NCBI GenBank assembly: GCA_965222375.1
Contig: CBDCTZ010000015.1
Coordinates: forward strand, 1,280,001 to 1,344,000
Direction: 5' to 3'
DNA length: 64,000 bases
Source of the DNA: Polyangiaceae bacterium
GTDB taxonomy: Bacteria > Myxococcota_A > Polyangia > Polyangiales > Polyangiaceae
The notes beneath the pieces are model-generated. The model was not told the DNA's origin. It worked only from the letters and a program-made list of their open reading frames with translations, and did no database searches. Both the position numbers and the translations under genes were made by a program. The stretch's first letter is position 1; each line of letters starts with the position of its first letter. Below are positions 29,753 to 39,864 of this stretch, one piece after another.

Positions 29753-30586
29753 CTAGTCCAAGTACTCAGTAGGCGGGTGGTCCGTCGGGGCGCCGGCGGC
29801 GATCCAGGCTTCGACAGATCCCGTGGGCACGTTCAGTTGGCGTAGGCCCGGGACGATCAGGGTCTCGAGGGCATCCAGCAATGCCTCGTGAATGGCTTCA
29901 CCCGGGGGAGCGCCGTGGTCGCTGAGCTCGGGAAGGTGTTCGGGATCGATGGGGCTTTCGTCCTGCCATAGGCGCAAGTTCAAATACGCCATGGGCAACA
30001 GCCAGCGTCCGACCTGGCGTCGCGTTTCGGCGTTCGTCGACGCAAGGTAGGCCCAACCGACGCGGCCATGATCGACCTCGTCACTGAGGAGTTCCTTGAG
30101 CGCGTGCTTGGCGAGACCACCGGTGGCATGAGCCAGACACACCTCGAGGAAGGCCGTCGCGGTGGTCTCGTTCAAGACGCATTGACCCACGATGTGCAGC
30201 GTGTCGCGAAGTTCTTCGGACGCGCCCTTGTGGGCGGGCACTTCCAACTCGAGCATACCCGGAGTGGGCAGCTCTTCGCCCGCGAAGCGCGAGGCGACGA
30301 CTCGGCTCAATTCGGTGTGACGGTACTCGTCGTCGATGGAGCGGTCAGCGAGTTGGATCAACTCCGACGCGGCGCCACGGCGTCTGAGCGCTCCGGCAAT
30401 GACCGTGAAGGAATCCGCCACGCGGCGCTCCATGGCTGCGCGGCTGAGCCAGATCCCCGCGAGCTTCTTGCGCGCGGTGGGCGAAAGGGCGTCAATGCTC
30501 GGATCGTGATCCGGCAGCGGGCGCTTGGTGAGGCGACCGCCCCAGCGGCCGTCGGGCGTGTGTTCGCGGCGAAGTACTACTGACAT
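29753..30586 (-). CDS. Ferritin-like di-iron domain protein
   Basis: MERRVA, DEYRH, LNETTA, DEVDH ligand pattern. Confidence 0.85.
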   Translation of the reverse strand: MSVVLRREHTPDGRWGGRLTKRPLPDHDPSIDALSPTARKKLAGIWLSRAAMERRVADSFTVIAGALRRRGAASELIQLADRSIDDEYRHTELSRVVASRFAGEELPTPGMLELEVPAHKGASEELRDTLHIVGQCVLNETTATAFLEVCLAHATGGLAKHALKELLSDEVDHGRVGWAYLASTNAETRRQVGRWLLPMAYLNLRLWQDESPIDPEHLPELSDHGAPPGEAIHEALLDALETLIVPGLRQLNVPTGSVEAWIAAGAPTDHPPTEYLD

Positions 30587-31128
30587 GGGAAAGGAGGGGA
30601 TGGGGTGTTGGTCGGCGTGGCGCCACCAAGGCATTGCCATTGTTGGTCGACGCAAATGAGAGGTTGCATCGAGCAGGAGCCTTGTGCGTCTTGGGTGAAG
30701 CACCAGGGAGTCGGAAGACCCTTGCACTCTTCGGTTGGTCCGCACACCTCTCGTCCGGATTTGGTGATCGGCCAAGTCGCGTCACAGAACGCGTCGACGA
30801 TGGCGTCTTTGGGCGCATCCGGGGCCGCGTCTACGATGCTCGCATCTGGCAGCACGCCGCCATCCGGTGCGGCGTCAGCGGTCACGGCACTGTCGGTTTC
30901 GGCGGCATCCGGCGTCGGCGGGACGATGCCCGTATCGACCCCGGCATCGGGCGTGGGTGGGTTGATGCCCGTATCCGCTCCCGCCTCTGCAGTGGGGTGG
31001 GGTTTCGGTGCCTTGGCATCGGGTTGCGGACCGCCCAGACCTTCTGAATCAGCTACGCCCCCGCAGGCAGTGGCGCTACCCAGGGATATCCCAACCCCGA
31101 CAACTGCATGAAATAACTTGGATCGCAT
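30577..31128 (-). CDS. Lipoprotein with DAG linker and Cys-rich C-terminus, coupled to the ferritin-like gene
   Basis: ATAC lipobox; CDATWPITK; stop overlaps the next start. Confidence 0.75.
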   Translation of the reverse strand: MRSKLFHAVVGVGISLGSATACGGVADSEGLGGPQPDAKAPKPHPTAEAGADTGINPPTPDAGVDTGIVPPTPDAAETDSAVTADAAPDGGVLPDASIVDAAPDAPKDAIVDAFCDATWPITKSGREVCGPTEECKGLPTPWCFTQDAQGSCSMQPLICVDQQWQCLGGATPTNTPSPPFPCQ

Positions 31129-31247
31129 AAGTGACCTCGGATCCAACGATAGCGATCACCAGCCATCAGTCCATTAGAACGATTTGAAGGAATCGTTCTA
31201 ATGAGCGCAACGGTCGGGTTGCAGACTCCGCAAACGATTCGGTTGCA

Positions 31248-31562
31248 GAGTTGCGGGAGCAACGCTGAATCCGGCCGAGCGAACCCCCTCAACGACTCAG
31301 TTTCGGTGTTGCGGGCGCAACACTGAATCCGGCCGAGCGAACCCCCTCAACGACTCAGTTTCGGTGTTGCGGGCGCAACACTGAATCCGGTCGAACGGAC
31401 CCCTCAACGACTCAGTTTCAGAGTTGCGGGCGCAACACTGAATCCGGTCGAACGGACCCCTCAACGAGTCAGTTTCAGAGTTGCGGGCGCAACACTGAAT
31501 CCGGTCGAACGGACCCCTCAACGAGTCAGTTTCAGAGTTGCGGGCGCAACACTGAATCCGGC
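31248..31562. repeat. Intergenic tandem array of 57-58 bp units, each with a hairpin (about 5.5 copies plus a degenerate one)
   Basis: CTGAATCCGG recurs at 31265, 31323, 31381, 31438, 31495, 31552; stem TTCRGWGTTGCG-GG-CGCAACACTGAA. Confidence 0.92.
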
Positions 31563-31898
31563 AGGGAGATCCCCCGCAGGAGCGCTGACGCGGGGCCCAG
31601 GATACGAGAGCTCCCGCGCCGTGACCACTGCCGGTGTTGGCGAGATCCGTGACTGCGCACCCGACGCCGAATTCGACAAGTTGGTGCGAGTCGAGCGCAC
31701 GAACGCCCGGCTTTGAGCGCACCGCGAACTGGGGCCAGGGTTGGCATGCAGGTGCTAACCTCGGGCGCATGACGGCACGGAGAGCGGAGTTCTTACTCCT
31801 TTGGACGCTGGCGGAGACTGACGAAGGCCGAACTTGGCGGCGGTTGGTGGATTTGACCTCTTTTCTGGGACAGTGTCACACTCCTGCGGTCCTGGCCG

Positions 31899-33374
31899 AT
31901 GAGCCACTTGATGGCACGCGCGACACTCCTACTGACGGCACTGGTCGGGTTACTGGCCTGCACCCCGCCCACCGTTCCACCTCGTGGAGAAGGCTCCGCG
32001 GGGCCCCCCGCCGCATCTGAGCAGCGCCCCGAACTGGCAAGCGTGCTGATCCGCGGTGTACCGCATGTCACCCAGCGGCCGGACTTCAGCGGCGAGGCGG
32101 CCGTGGCCAGTTGGGGTCAGGCGCTCGGTCTCGCTCTCAGTCAGGAAGACGTGTTCGACGCCTCGAAGATGCCTCCAGCACGGGGCATGGGCACCACCAC
32201 CCGGGAGCTGCGGCATGCAGCGCGAGCGCTCGGCTTCAACCCAGGACGCACCTGGCATGACGTGGCGGCGCAAAAACCCGGTGAGCTCGACAGCATTTTC
32301 AGCGAGCTGCACGCCGACCTGCAAAAGAATGTCCCGTCCGTGGTCTGCATGCGCAAGGACGACCACCCGAGCGCAGACGAGCACTTTCGGCTGGTGCTCG
32401 GTTACGACGCGCAAGACGATGCCGTCATTTTCCACGACTCGGCACTCCGCGATGGCGCGTACCAACGCATGAGCCGTCGGCAGTTCTTGAGTCGATGGCC
32501 CCTGCGCGCGCAGCGCAACCGCTGGACCGCGATTCGCCTCCGACTCGACGGGAAACCCTCGGCAGCGCCCAAACTTGGACCGAACCATCGTCCCGCCGAG
32601 TTTGCACAACACGTGCGCAAGCTCAGACAGACTCTGCCCCAGGGCTTTTCGCTTCGAGTGGAACCGCCCTTCGTCGTTGTCGGCGACGGCGGCGACCAAG
32701 CAGTGCAACGAAGCACGACTCACACTGTGCGTTGGGCGGTGAGTCGGCTGCGTCGAGACTTCTTCAGCCGCCCACCGAAGCGGATTCTCAACGTGTGGCT
32801 CTTCAAGGACGCCCAAAGCTACCAACGCAACGCCAAGAAGCTCTTTGGCGAGAAACCCGACACTCCCTACGGCTACTACTCCAGCACCGATGGCGCCTTG
32901 GTGATGAACATCAGCACCGGCGGCGGGACCTTGGTTCACGAAATCGTTCACCCCTACATCGAGTCGAACTTCCCGAACTGCCCAGCCTGGTTCAACGAGG
33001 GCCTGGGCTCTCTCTACGAGCAGTCCGCCGACCGCGACGGCCACATCGTCGGTCTCACGAACTGGCGGCTCAGGGGGCTGCAAGCTGCAATCAAGCGCGG
33101 CCGAATTCCGAGCTTTCACCAACTCACTCACACCACGACGGGCGAGTTCTACCGGGACGACTTCGGCACCAACTACGCCCAATCCCGCTACCTGCTCTAC
33201 TACCTCCAAGAGCGAGGCCTGCTACGCCGCTACTATCGAGCCTTCCTTGCGGATCAAAAGCGAGACCCAACAGGCTACCGCACGCTCCAGCGGGTCCTCG
33301 GAGAGAAAGACATGCGCGCCTTCCAGCAACGCTGGGAGCGCTTCGTCATGGGCCTGCGCTTTCGCACTGGCTAG
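31899..33374 (+). CDS. Lipoprotein: C39-like peptidase domain plus HEXXH metallopeptidase-like domain
   Basis: VPHVTQRPDFSGEA, EHFRLVLGYD, FHD; GTLVHEIVH...WFNEGLGSLYE. Confidence 0.85.
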   Translation: MSHLMARATLLLTALVGLLACTPPTVPPRGEGSAGPPAASEQRPELASVLIRGVPHVTQRPDFSGEAAVASWGQALGLALSQEDVFDASKMPPARGMGTTTRELRHAARALGFNPGRTWHDVAAQKPGELDSIFSELHADLQKNVPSVVCMRKDDHPSADEHFRLVLGYDAQDDAVIFHDSALRDGAYQRMSRRQFLSRWPLRAQRNRWTAIRLRLDGKPSAAPKLGPNHRPAEFAQHVRKLRQTLPQGFSLRVEPPFVVVGDGGDQAVQRSTTHTVRWAVSRLRRDFFSRPPKRILNVWLFKDAQSYQRNAKKLFGEKPDTPYGYYSSTDGALVMNISTGGGTLVHEIVHPYIESNFPNCPAWFNEGLGSLYEQSADRDGHIVGLTNWRLRGLQAAIKRGRIPSFHQLTHTTTGEFYRDDFGTNYAQSRYLLYYLQERGLLRRYYRAFLADQKRDPTGYRTLQRVLGEKDMRAFQQRWERFVMGLRFRTG

Positions 33375-33421
33375 GATCTTCTGAGCTAGATGGCGTCGGC
33401 GCGCCCAGCGACCCACGCAGC

Positions 33422-36016
33422 CTACTGACAAAGCCCGCGGGACGCAGCGGCAGCTGCTTTCACCAGCTCGTCCAGGCGCTCGTCGTGCCGTTCGAGGGCG
33501 GCCTCTAGATCACGCAAGCGACCGAGGCTCTCGCGTTCACGCGCCAGGGCTTGTTCGCCGGCGTGGTACGGCTCCGCAATGAAACGCCCGTAGCGAATGA
33601 TTGCGTCTTCGACGGAGTGATTGAGGGCGCCATGGATGTTCGAACGAGCTCCGGCTTCAAGAGTCTCCACATCCCGCAGCACGCGCTGTTCCTCCTTGCG
33701 CAGAGCAGCTTCCACAAGAGCCCTAGAACGCCGTTCGAGGGAGCGGCGGGTTTTCGCAAAGGCGAGCAGGGTTCCAAGCACGCCACCGATGGCAACGCCG
33801 ATGTAGGGTCCATGCGGCACATGGAGGAAACGCGACGCCACGAGCCACCCAACGCCGCCTAGGATCGCCGCGCCAGCCAGGGCCAACGCCAACCGAGCGC
33901 GTGAATGACGCGCAATGGCCGCTCGCACGCCGACGGTCTTCGGCATGGCGACGGGAGCAAGGGTCAGCTCGGACTCGGCGGACGAACCACGCTTGCTCAC
34001 GACCTCTTCGGTGATGCGGTAGCGCTCTTTCATCGTCTCGAACACGCGCGCCTCGAGCTCGCGCACCACGCGATTGGCCTCCAACGATATCGCCCGCAAC
34101 GCTTCCTGCTGGACGCTCGTAACCTCGTGCGCAAGTCCCTGCTCGGTGCGCAGCGCGACTGTGCGAAATTGTCCCTGGTGCACACTGGCGCGAATGGTGT
34201 CCCCACACTTTCTGCGGAGCTCCGCGAAACGCGCGCGTATCGTCTGAGTTGAGGAGAGGACCGCGCGCCGTCCTCCTTCATCGACATCACTGTCGGCGTC
34301 CGCCATCGCTTTTCGGTGAAACACCTCCGGCTCAGGCACCTGGTCGGCTTCCATCTGCGCTATCCGATCGCGATAGGCCGCCTCGGCCCGCTGCTCAGCC
34401 TCCGAAGACGCGGAAATGCAGCTCCGCAGCACCGACGCTGCACGCGCACCCAGAATCATCGCGCGCTCGTGACGGAGCAACTTGAACAGCTTTCTAACTT
34501 CCACCTCGAAGCGCCGCGCCATCTCTGAATCGGGATCTTTGATCGCGGGCTGGGCCGCTACCGCAATCGACAGCACCGTTTCCGGCGATCGCCCGATCTG
34601 TTCGGCAAATTGCTGGGTCCCGGCGCGGCGCGCCTTTTCGACCTCTTCCCAAGGATCCGCACTGCCTTTGGCGACGGCCTCGTCATAGGCCGCGTCCATC
34701 TTGCTCAGCACTAGCAGCACATGTGGGACCACCTCGCGCAGTCGCTCCAAGAACTTCTCAGTGGGACCGCTGATGCCGCGTCTCAGGCCCGAGACCAGGA
34801 TGCAACCATCCGCCTCCTCTTGGACCAAGTTCCAAGCGTGCTCCTGCCCACTCTCGGCGGTCACGCCAGGCACATCGAGGATCGCGACATCGTCTGGCAG
34901 AAAGTCGGCGGGAAAGTCGATCGCCAACTCCACGACCTTGTCGGCATCCGGGCCAGACAGCCTCGCGATTTCCGAGAAGAACAATGCCTGACGCTCTTCC
35001 ACGTAGCGGCTGAACTCCCGTTGCCGCGCGTTCAGTTTTTCTCTCGCGCGGGCGAGTGCCTGCTCTGCCTCGTCGACGACCTCGTCCGCCAGGTTCGCCG
35101 CCGAGCGCTTCTTCCAGGTTTCCGCTTGCAGCTGCGCAGCCGTGGCTTCCATTTCGACACACGTTCGCGCTGCTTCCTCAGCTTGAAGCCGAGTCTCCGC
35201 CACTTGGTCCTGAGCTTTGTCCCGCGCCCGACGAGCATGCGCGAAGGCTTTCCACCGCGCCCAATTCAGCAACATGAAGAAGAGAAGCTGCAGCCGACCC
35301 AAAAGCCCGAGTTTCGACCCACGCAGCTTCTCCGGCACTGCCGTCGCGACTACGGCGAGGGCCCGGTCGCTGCGCCGCGCCGCCTTTTCGGTGACGCCGA
35401 TCTTCGCTTCTAGCAGCCTCGCCTCTTCGCGTCGATTGTGCAGATCTTTGCCGATCTGCGTGAGCTCCTGCTCGTTTCGCTGCACCGCCTCTTGAGCACT
35501 CTCGGCCTTCAACGCAAAGGCAGCGTGGCGGCTCTCGACCTTGGCGAAGGATTGCTCCTCGCCCACCAGCAACTCGTCCATCTGGCGCTGACGGTCGGGG
35601 ACGAGGCGCGCAAAGTCCTCCATCTTGCCGCCGGCCAGGCGCGCGCGGAAGCGAGGCGTTGCGCGGCGCCGAATGAACGTTGGCGTCTTGGATGCACCCC
35701 GGGCGGCCCCGACCCGGGGATCACCAAGGATGGCGTCGAGAAAGGTGGACTTGCCCGAGCCTGGCTCACCGGCTACCACGACGCATAACTCTTTGCGACT
35801 GAGCCGCCCCGTAACCTGAGCCACGGTGCGACGAAGGGACGTCACGACTTCGTCACCCAAGAGCTCGGAGTGCTCCCGCAAGGCCCGCAACGTTCGCAGC
35901 GCCCTATCGATCTCCTCGAGGAGTTCGTCACCCTCGGCTCCGAGCGACGGCAGCTCGGTAGCGGGGGGGAAGAGAGAGCTGGCGGGGGGAGAGCTTTCCA
36001 CGGGCGGCACAAGCAC
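33422..36016 (-). CDS. Dynamin-like GTPase with coiled-coil insertion and C-terminal TM hairpin
   Basis: G1 GEPGSGKS, G3 DVPG, G4 SKMD; two C-terminal hydrophobic helices. Confidence 0.85.
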   Translation of the reverse strand: MLVPPVESSPPASSLFPPATELPSLGAEGDELLEEIDRALRTLRALREHSELLGDEVVTSLRRTVAQVTGRLSRKELCVVVAGEPGSGKSTFLDAILGDPRVGAARGASKTPTFIRRRATPRFRARLAGGKMEDFARLVPDRQRQMDELLVGEEQSFAKVESRHAAFALKAESAQEAVQRNEQELTQIGKDLHNRREEARLLEAKIGVTEKAARRSDRALAVVATAVPEKLRGSKLGLLGRLQLLFFMLLNWARWKAFAHARRARDKAQDQVAETRLQAEEAARTCVEMEATAAQLQAETWKKRSAANLADEVVDEAEQALARAREKLNARQREFSRYVEERQALFFSEIARLSGPDADKVVELAIDFPADFLPDDVAILDVPGVTAESGQEHAWNLVQEEADGCILVSGLRRGISGPTEKFLERLREVVPHVLLVLSKMDAAYDEAVAKGSADPWEEVEKARRAGTQQFAEQIGRSPETVLSIAVAAQPAIKDPDSEMARRFEVEVRKLFKLLRHERAMILGARAASVLRSCISASSEAEQRAEAAYRDRIAQMEADQVPEPEVFHRKAMADADSDVDEGGRRAVLSSTQTIRARFAELRRKCGDTIRASVHQGQFRTVALRTEQGLAHEVTSVQQEALRAISLEANRVVRELEARVFETMKERYRITEEVVSKRGSSAESELTLAPVAMPKTVGVRAAIARHSRARLALALAGAAILGGVGWLVASRFLHVPHGPYIGVAIGGVLGTLLAFAKTRRSLERRSRALVEAALRKEEQRVLRDVETLEAGARSNIHGALNHSVEDAIIRYGRFIAEPYHAGEQALARERESLGRLRDLEAALERHDERLDELVKAAAAASRGLCQ

Positions 36017-36187
36017 GCCCCAGCTCGCTGGCTACGTCAACGGCGACTAGCCTCGCAGGCTCAGCGCACCGAGACAGCCGAGACATGGCCGAGCTCGCAA
36101 CTCATTGAAGCTCCTCTCGAGCCGGTTCAAGTTGGCTTACCAGAGCGCTGTTCGTAATTGGCACATAGGTTGCTCGAGCGACACTCC

Positions 36188-36500
36188 ATGAAGACAACCT
36201 GCCCTTTTTGTTGGCTGGTTCGCTGTGGGTTGCGGAGGCGCCAGCACACAGGATGACCCACCATCCGGAGGCAACACCGACGCGAAAACGGAAGCGTCCA
36301 CCGGCGCCGACGGCACTTCGGGCAGCAGCGGCAGCGTGGGCAGCGGCAGCGTGGGCGGCGGCAACACTGGCGGCGGAGGGAACGCCGCGGACCTGGCGGT
36401 ACCCCGGCCGATTGGTCTTGGCATACAGGAGAGGTAGATTCAAACGACAGTCTAGAACTCGAGGTGGGTGAAGGTTGCGGCGAACAGGTGTCAGCCAGGA
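36188..36500 (+). pseudogene. Frameshifted remnant of a Gly-linker lipoprotein
   Basis: MKTTCPFCWL is out of frame with AVGCGGASTQDD-Gly linker; early stop. Confidence 0.5.
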
Positions 36501-37150
36501 CCGCAGCATTCATGAACCTCAGCCCGAACCAGACCTACGTAGTTAGCTACTGGTACCGCTACGCGGACTGCGCAGACGTGGAGCTGCGGGCCGCAGCATT
36601 CATGAACCTCAGCCCGAACCAGACCTACGTAGTTAGCTACTGGTACCGCTACGCGGACGCGCGTTTGGCACGCGAGCATCTGAAGGACCGGGCGCCTAAG
36701 AGAACTCTCGACCTTGCTTGCGGCACCGGCTTGTTCAGCGAGCAGCTGTGCATTCTTGGCGGCCAGCTGACCGGCGTAGACCTCTCCGAAGGCATGCTTG
36801 CGCACGCGTCTGCGAAACAACTCCCCAACACAGAGTTCCGGACTGGCGACTTCCACGACCTTCAGTTCGCGGAGGACAACAGCGTCGACTTGGTTTCGAT
36901 GTACGCCGCTAGCCGGTTCATCTCCGACCCATCGCGGTTCTTCGCTGAGATCGCCCGCGTACTGTCGAGCGACGGTCTGGTGATCATTTCCTACTTCGAT
37001 TCGCCCCGTCGAGTCCCTCAACTGGAGGCAGGCGCCCGCAGCGCGGGCCTGCGCGTGGCCCATCGCGTGGAAATCCCACCATCCTTCGTCAAGCCCTTCT
37101 GGCCGCTGGTGAGGTTCAACGAGACAACGATCCGCCTACTCGTCACCTGA
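36464..37150 (+). CDS. Class I SAM-dependent methyltransferase with chimeric or duplicated N-terminus
   Basis: LDLACGTG, GVDLSEGML, EIARVL..DG. Confidence 0.75.
   Translation: MGEGCGEQVSARTAAFMNLSPNQTYVVSYWYRYADCADVELRAAAFMNLSPNQTYVVSYWYRYADARLAREHLKDRAPKRTLDLACGTGLFSEQLCILGGQLTGVDLSEGMLAHASAKQLPNTEFRTGDFHDLQFAEDNSVDLVSMYAASRFISDPSRFFAEIARVLSSDGLVIISYFDSPRRVPQLEAGARSAGLRVAHRVEIPPSFVKPFWPLVRFNETTIRLLVT
36501..36658 (+). repeat. Perfect 68-bp direct repeat, period 90 bp
   Basis: 36501-36568 is identical to 36591-36658 (AAFMNLSPNQTYVVSYWYRYAD x2). Confidence 0.95.
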
Positions 37151-37339
37151 ACCTCGCGCTTGCGTGAATCGCGATCCACGCTGTGGGCGCGCTGCTCCTT
37201 CAGTTCTCCGGGCTACTTGTCCACAAAGCACGCCCGTGAACAGCTTCACGTAGGCGGCTTCACTCTTCACGCAATGGGGTCAGTCCCCGACGCCCTCAGT
37301 TGCCGAGGCTCGTGTAGGCTCGTTGGAGCCCCGAGGCCC

Positions 37340-37780
37340 ATGACTGCTCCGCCCCCCAAACCCGCGAGCGTTTCGCGATCACGCAGGTCCGTCATCTTGA
37401 CGTGCGTCGGGGTTGCGATTCTTCTTTTGGCGTGCCGCGGGGAGAGCGACTCCAGCTTCACGGACAGCAAGGCCAATCGACAAGAAGCTCTACTCCTGGC
37501 GCAGGCATACGCCGAGCAACACCGGCCACAGCTCCTGGCCGAGGATAGGGGCACCATCGGCGAGGGCAAAGTCAACGGTGGCAGCCTACGCGGCAGGTCC
37601 AAGCGCGCCTTTGAAGTGAGCTTGGCGATCACCGGCGCCGCGCGAGTGAAGGAGATCGTCGTCTACGTGTACGACTCCGACGGCCTCGCTGTCGCAGGCG
37701 CCCAATCCCGGGACAAGTACGGCGCCATCGTGCACACCATCGGCGGCAAACTCGATCGCAAGTTCAGAAGCCGGGACTGA
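37340..37780 (+). CDS. Hypothetical lipoprotein
   Basis: LLAC lipobox. Confidence 0.55.
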   Translation: MTAPPPKPASVSRSRRSVILTCVGVAILLLACRGESDSSFTDSKANRQEALLLAQAYAEQHRPQLLAEDRGTIGEGKVNGGSLRGRSKRAFEVSLAITGAARVKEIVVYVYDSDGLAVAGAQSRDKYGAIVHTIGGKLDRKFRSRD

Positions 37781-37987
37781 GTCGCGGCGCTCGCTGAAGC
37801 GAAGCCGAATGCGCGACCCGCCGAAGGACATGGCTGCGAACAGTCTTGCTGCTCCAACCCGCACGCCCTCGGCGCACAGGCGTTAGGCTGGCGACGTGAC
37901 CGCACGCCAAACGCTGCGCAGCAGGCAGTTTTCGCTGGCCTGAATCGCGCTTTGGATCACCACAGCTTTACAGCGAAAGAGCGACCC

Positions 37988-38719
37988 ATGCATTGGCGAC
38001 TTGTTCACCCGCGCGGCGTCGCAGGGGTCGCGGTTGCGATTTCCCTGGCGCTCGCGGGTTCGTCGGACGACAGCGGCGATGGAGCCGGCGGCGCCGCGGT
38101 TCGTCTCTGGACGTCCATTGCGTCGACCTCGATTGGGGATGCCAGTGTTTTGCGGATCCGAACCACGAGTTCGATGACAACGCCGGCGTGCAACAGTGCA
38201 CTCCTCCCATCAGCCGAAACACATGGTGCTGCAGAACACTGGACTACCCGAACGGGTGAACGTGCGAATGCAGAGTCGTGGGCTGCAGGAAGACCCTTTC
38301 GGGGTGCGCCTGCGGGACCGACCATGCCGACGGGCCACTGGAGGCTTGCCTGGATACCGAGTACTCGAGCTGCTGCCTGGCAGCCGATGGTCAATGCACC
38401 TGCACCTCGAAGAAGGTCTGCTACGACGGAACCGAGGTGCCCACGTGTGACCTGTTTTGGAACCGGGGCAACGACAGGCGGCGGAGTCCTCAACAGCGCC
38501 GACTGTTCTTCTTGCAGTGCTAACAACTGCGCCGAGGAGTCCGGGGCATGCTGGGCAAGTCCTGACTGCACAGGCCTCATCTATTGCATGGACAAGTGCC
38601 CAACCGGGAGCCATGCCTGCATCCAGGAGTGTATCTACAGCAACTCAGCTGGCGCACAGATCTTCAAACACCTGGCCAGTTGCCTGAACAAGAAGTGCAA
38701 CGAGGTGTGCGTACTCTGA
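37988..38719 (+). pseudogene. Cys-rich exported protein with two frameshifts and an in-frame TGA
   Basis: Signal region in one frame; Cys domain in another, broken by TGA at 38257; C-terminal CSSCSANNC...CIQEC back in the first frame. Confidence 0.75.
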
Positions 38720-38760
38720 TCTCGAGTCACGGCTCGCGCTCCGCCCTCACTCGGCCCATC

Positions 38761-38809
38761 TCTAGAGTAGCGGCCTGGTTCCGGCCCAATGCCGCGACCC
38801 CCCCAAAAA
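38761..38809 (-). repeat. Dispersed bipartite motif copy
   Basis: TTTTTGGGGGGGTCGC-N15-CCAGGCCGCTACTCTAGA. Confidence 0.8.
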
Positions 38810-39045
38810 CCCACAAGCAAGATCACGGCTCCTTGCTCAGCACCGCCGCTTCGCGGATGGGCGTCTGGCGGTCGCCATCGACGTCTTAGCGGCGTCGCCA
38901 CTGCGGCGCCCGGCTTTCACGTGGCGTTTTCGCGGTGATCAGCCTGGCACGCGTCCTGCGATGACGTGGGGCTGACCCGCGTTTGATTGGACCGCCACTC
39001 GGAGGCAAAATGGGATGGCATGCTGGATCTGGTGGAGCAGCTCGG

Positions 39046-39777
39046 ATGAGCTTGGGGATCCCGACTCGTACCCGAGAAGAGATCGACTATCCGTCGTCGG
39101 ACGGGCAGCCGATGGCTGAGACTCCGCTGCACGGCGAGGCGATGGTCTCGGCGTGGCAGGAACTAACACGACACTTCGCGCAGCGGACTGACGTGGTGGT
39201 CGGAATGAACATGCTCTTTTACTATGAAGAAGGGCACCCTGCGGCGCGCTTCGCCCCTGATGTCTATGTCGCAGTCGGCGCGCCGAAGCGCAAGCGGCGC
39301 ACCTACAAGGTGTGGGAAGAGCCGGTCCCGCCGACCTTCGTGCTCGAAGTCTCATCCAAGGGCACTTGGCTCGAGGACATGGGAAACAAGAAGGCCCTTT
39401 GCGCGAAGCTCGGTGTGAGCGACTACTTCGTCTTCGATCCGGAGGGTGAGTACCTGGAGCCGAGGCTTCAGGGCTTCCATCTTGGCGCAGGACAATATCA
39501 GCCCGCTGCTGTGGCGCCTGACGGATCGCTGGAGATCCGATCCCTAGAACTTTCGGTCCGTATCGACGGAGAGGTGTTGCGTTTCACCGACATGACCTCG
39601 GGACGGGAACTAGTGCACACTAGCGAGCTCGAACAGAAGGCCGAACGAGAGAGTCGTTTGCGCCTGGAAGAAGCTCGTCTGCGCCAGAAAGAAGCTCGCC
39701 TGCGCGAGGAAGATGCTCAACGACTTCGTGACGCCGAAGCCGAGATTCAGCGCCTACGCCGCAAGCTAGAGAAGTAG
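39046..39777 (+). CDS. Uma2 family endonuclease
   Basis: DYPSSDGQPMAET..H, APDVYV, VLEVSS, YFVFDP, charged coiled-coil tail. Confidence 0.92.
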   Translation: MSLGIPTRTREEIDYPSSDGQPMAETPLHGEAMVSAWQELTRHFAQRTDVVVGMNMLFYYEEGHPAARFAPDVYVAVGAPKRKRRTYKVWEEPVPPTFVLEVSSKGTWLEDMGNKKALCAKLGVSDYFVFDPEGEYLEPRLQGFHLGAGQYQPAAVAPDGSLEIRSLELSVRIDGEVLRFTDMTSGRELVHTSELEQKAERESRLRLEEARLRQKEARLREEDAQRLRDAEAEIQRLRRKLEK

Positions 39778-39864
39778 AGGGAAACGCCCGTAGGCGAGAG
39801 AGCCCCAGGGTTCGCGACTCCCTCACTCGTCGGGATCACCAGAAAGTGATCTACCCTTGCCCGC

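Noticed and set aside
31248..31562. CRISPR array
   Set aside because: Inter-hairpin segments are near-identical rather than unique spacers, and no cas genes are present.
39790..39830. Further motif copies (also near 63520 and 9285)
   Set aside because: Only the GGGTCGC-like box matches; the second box is absent.
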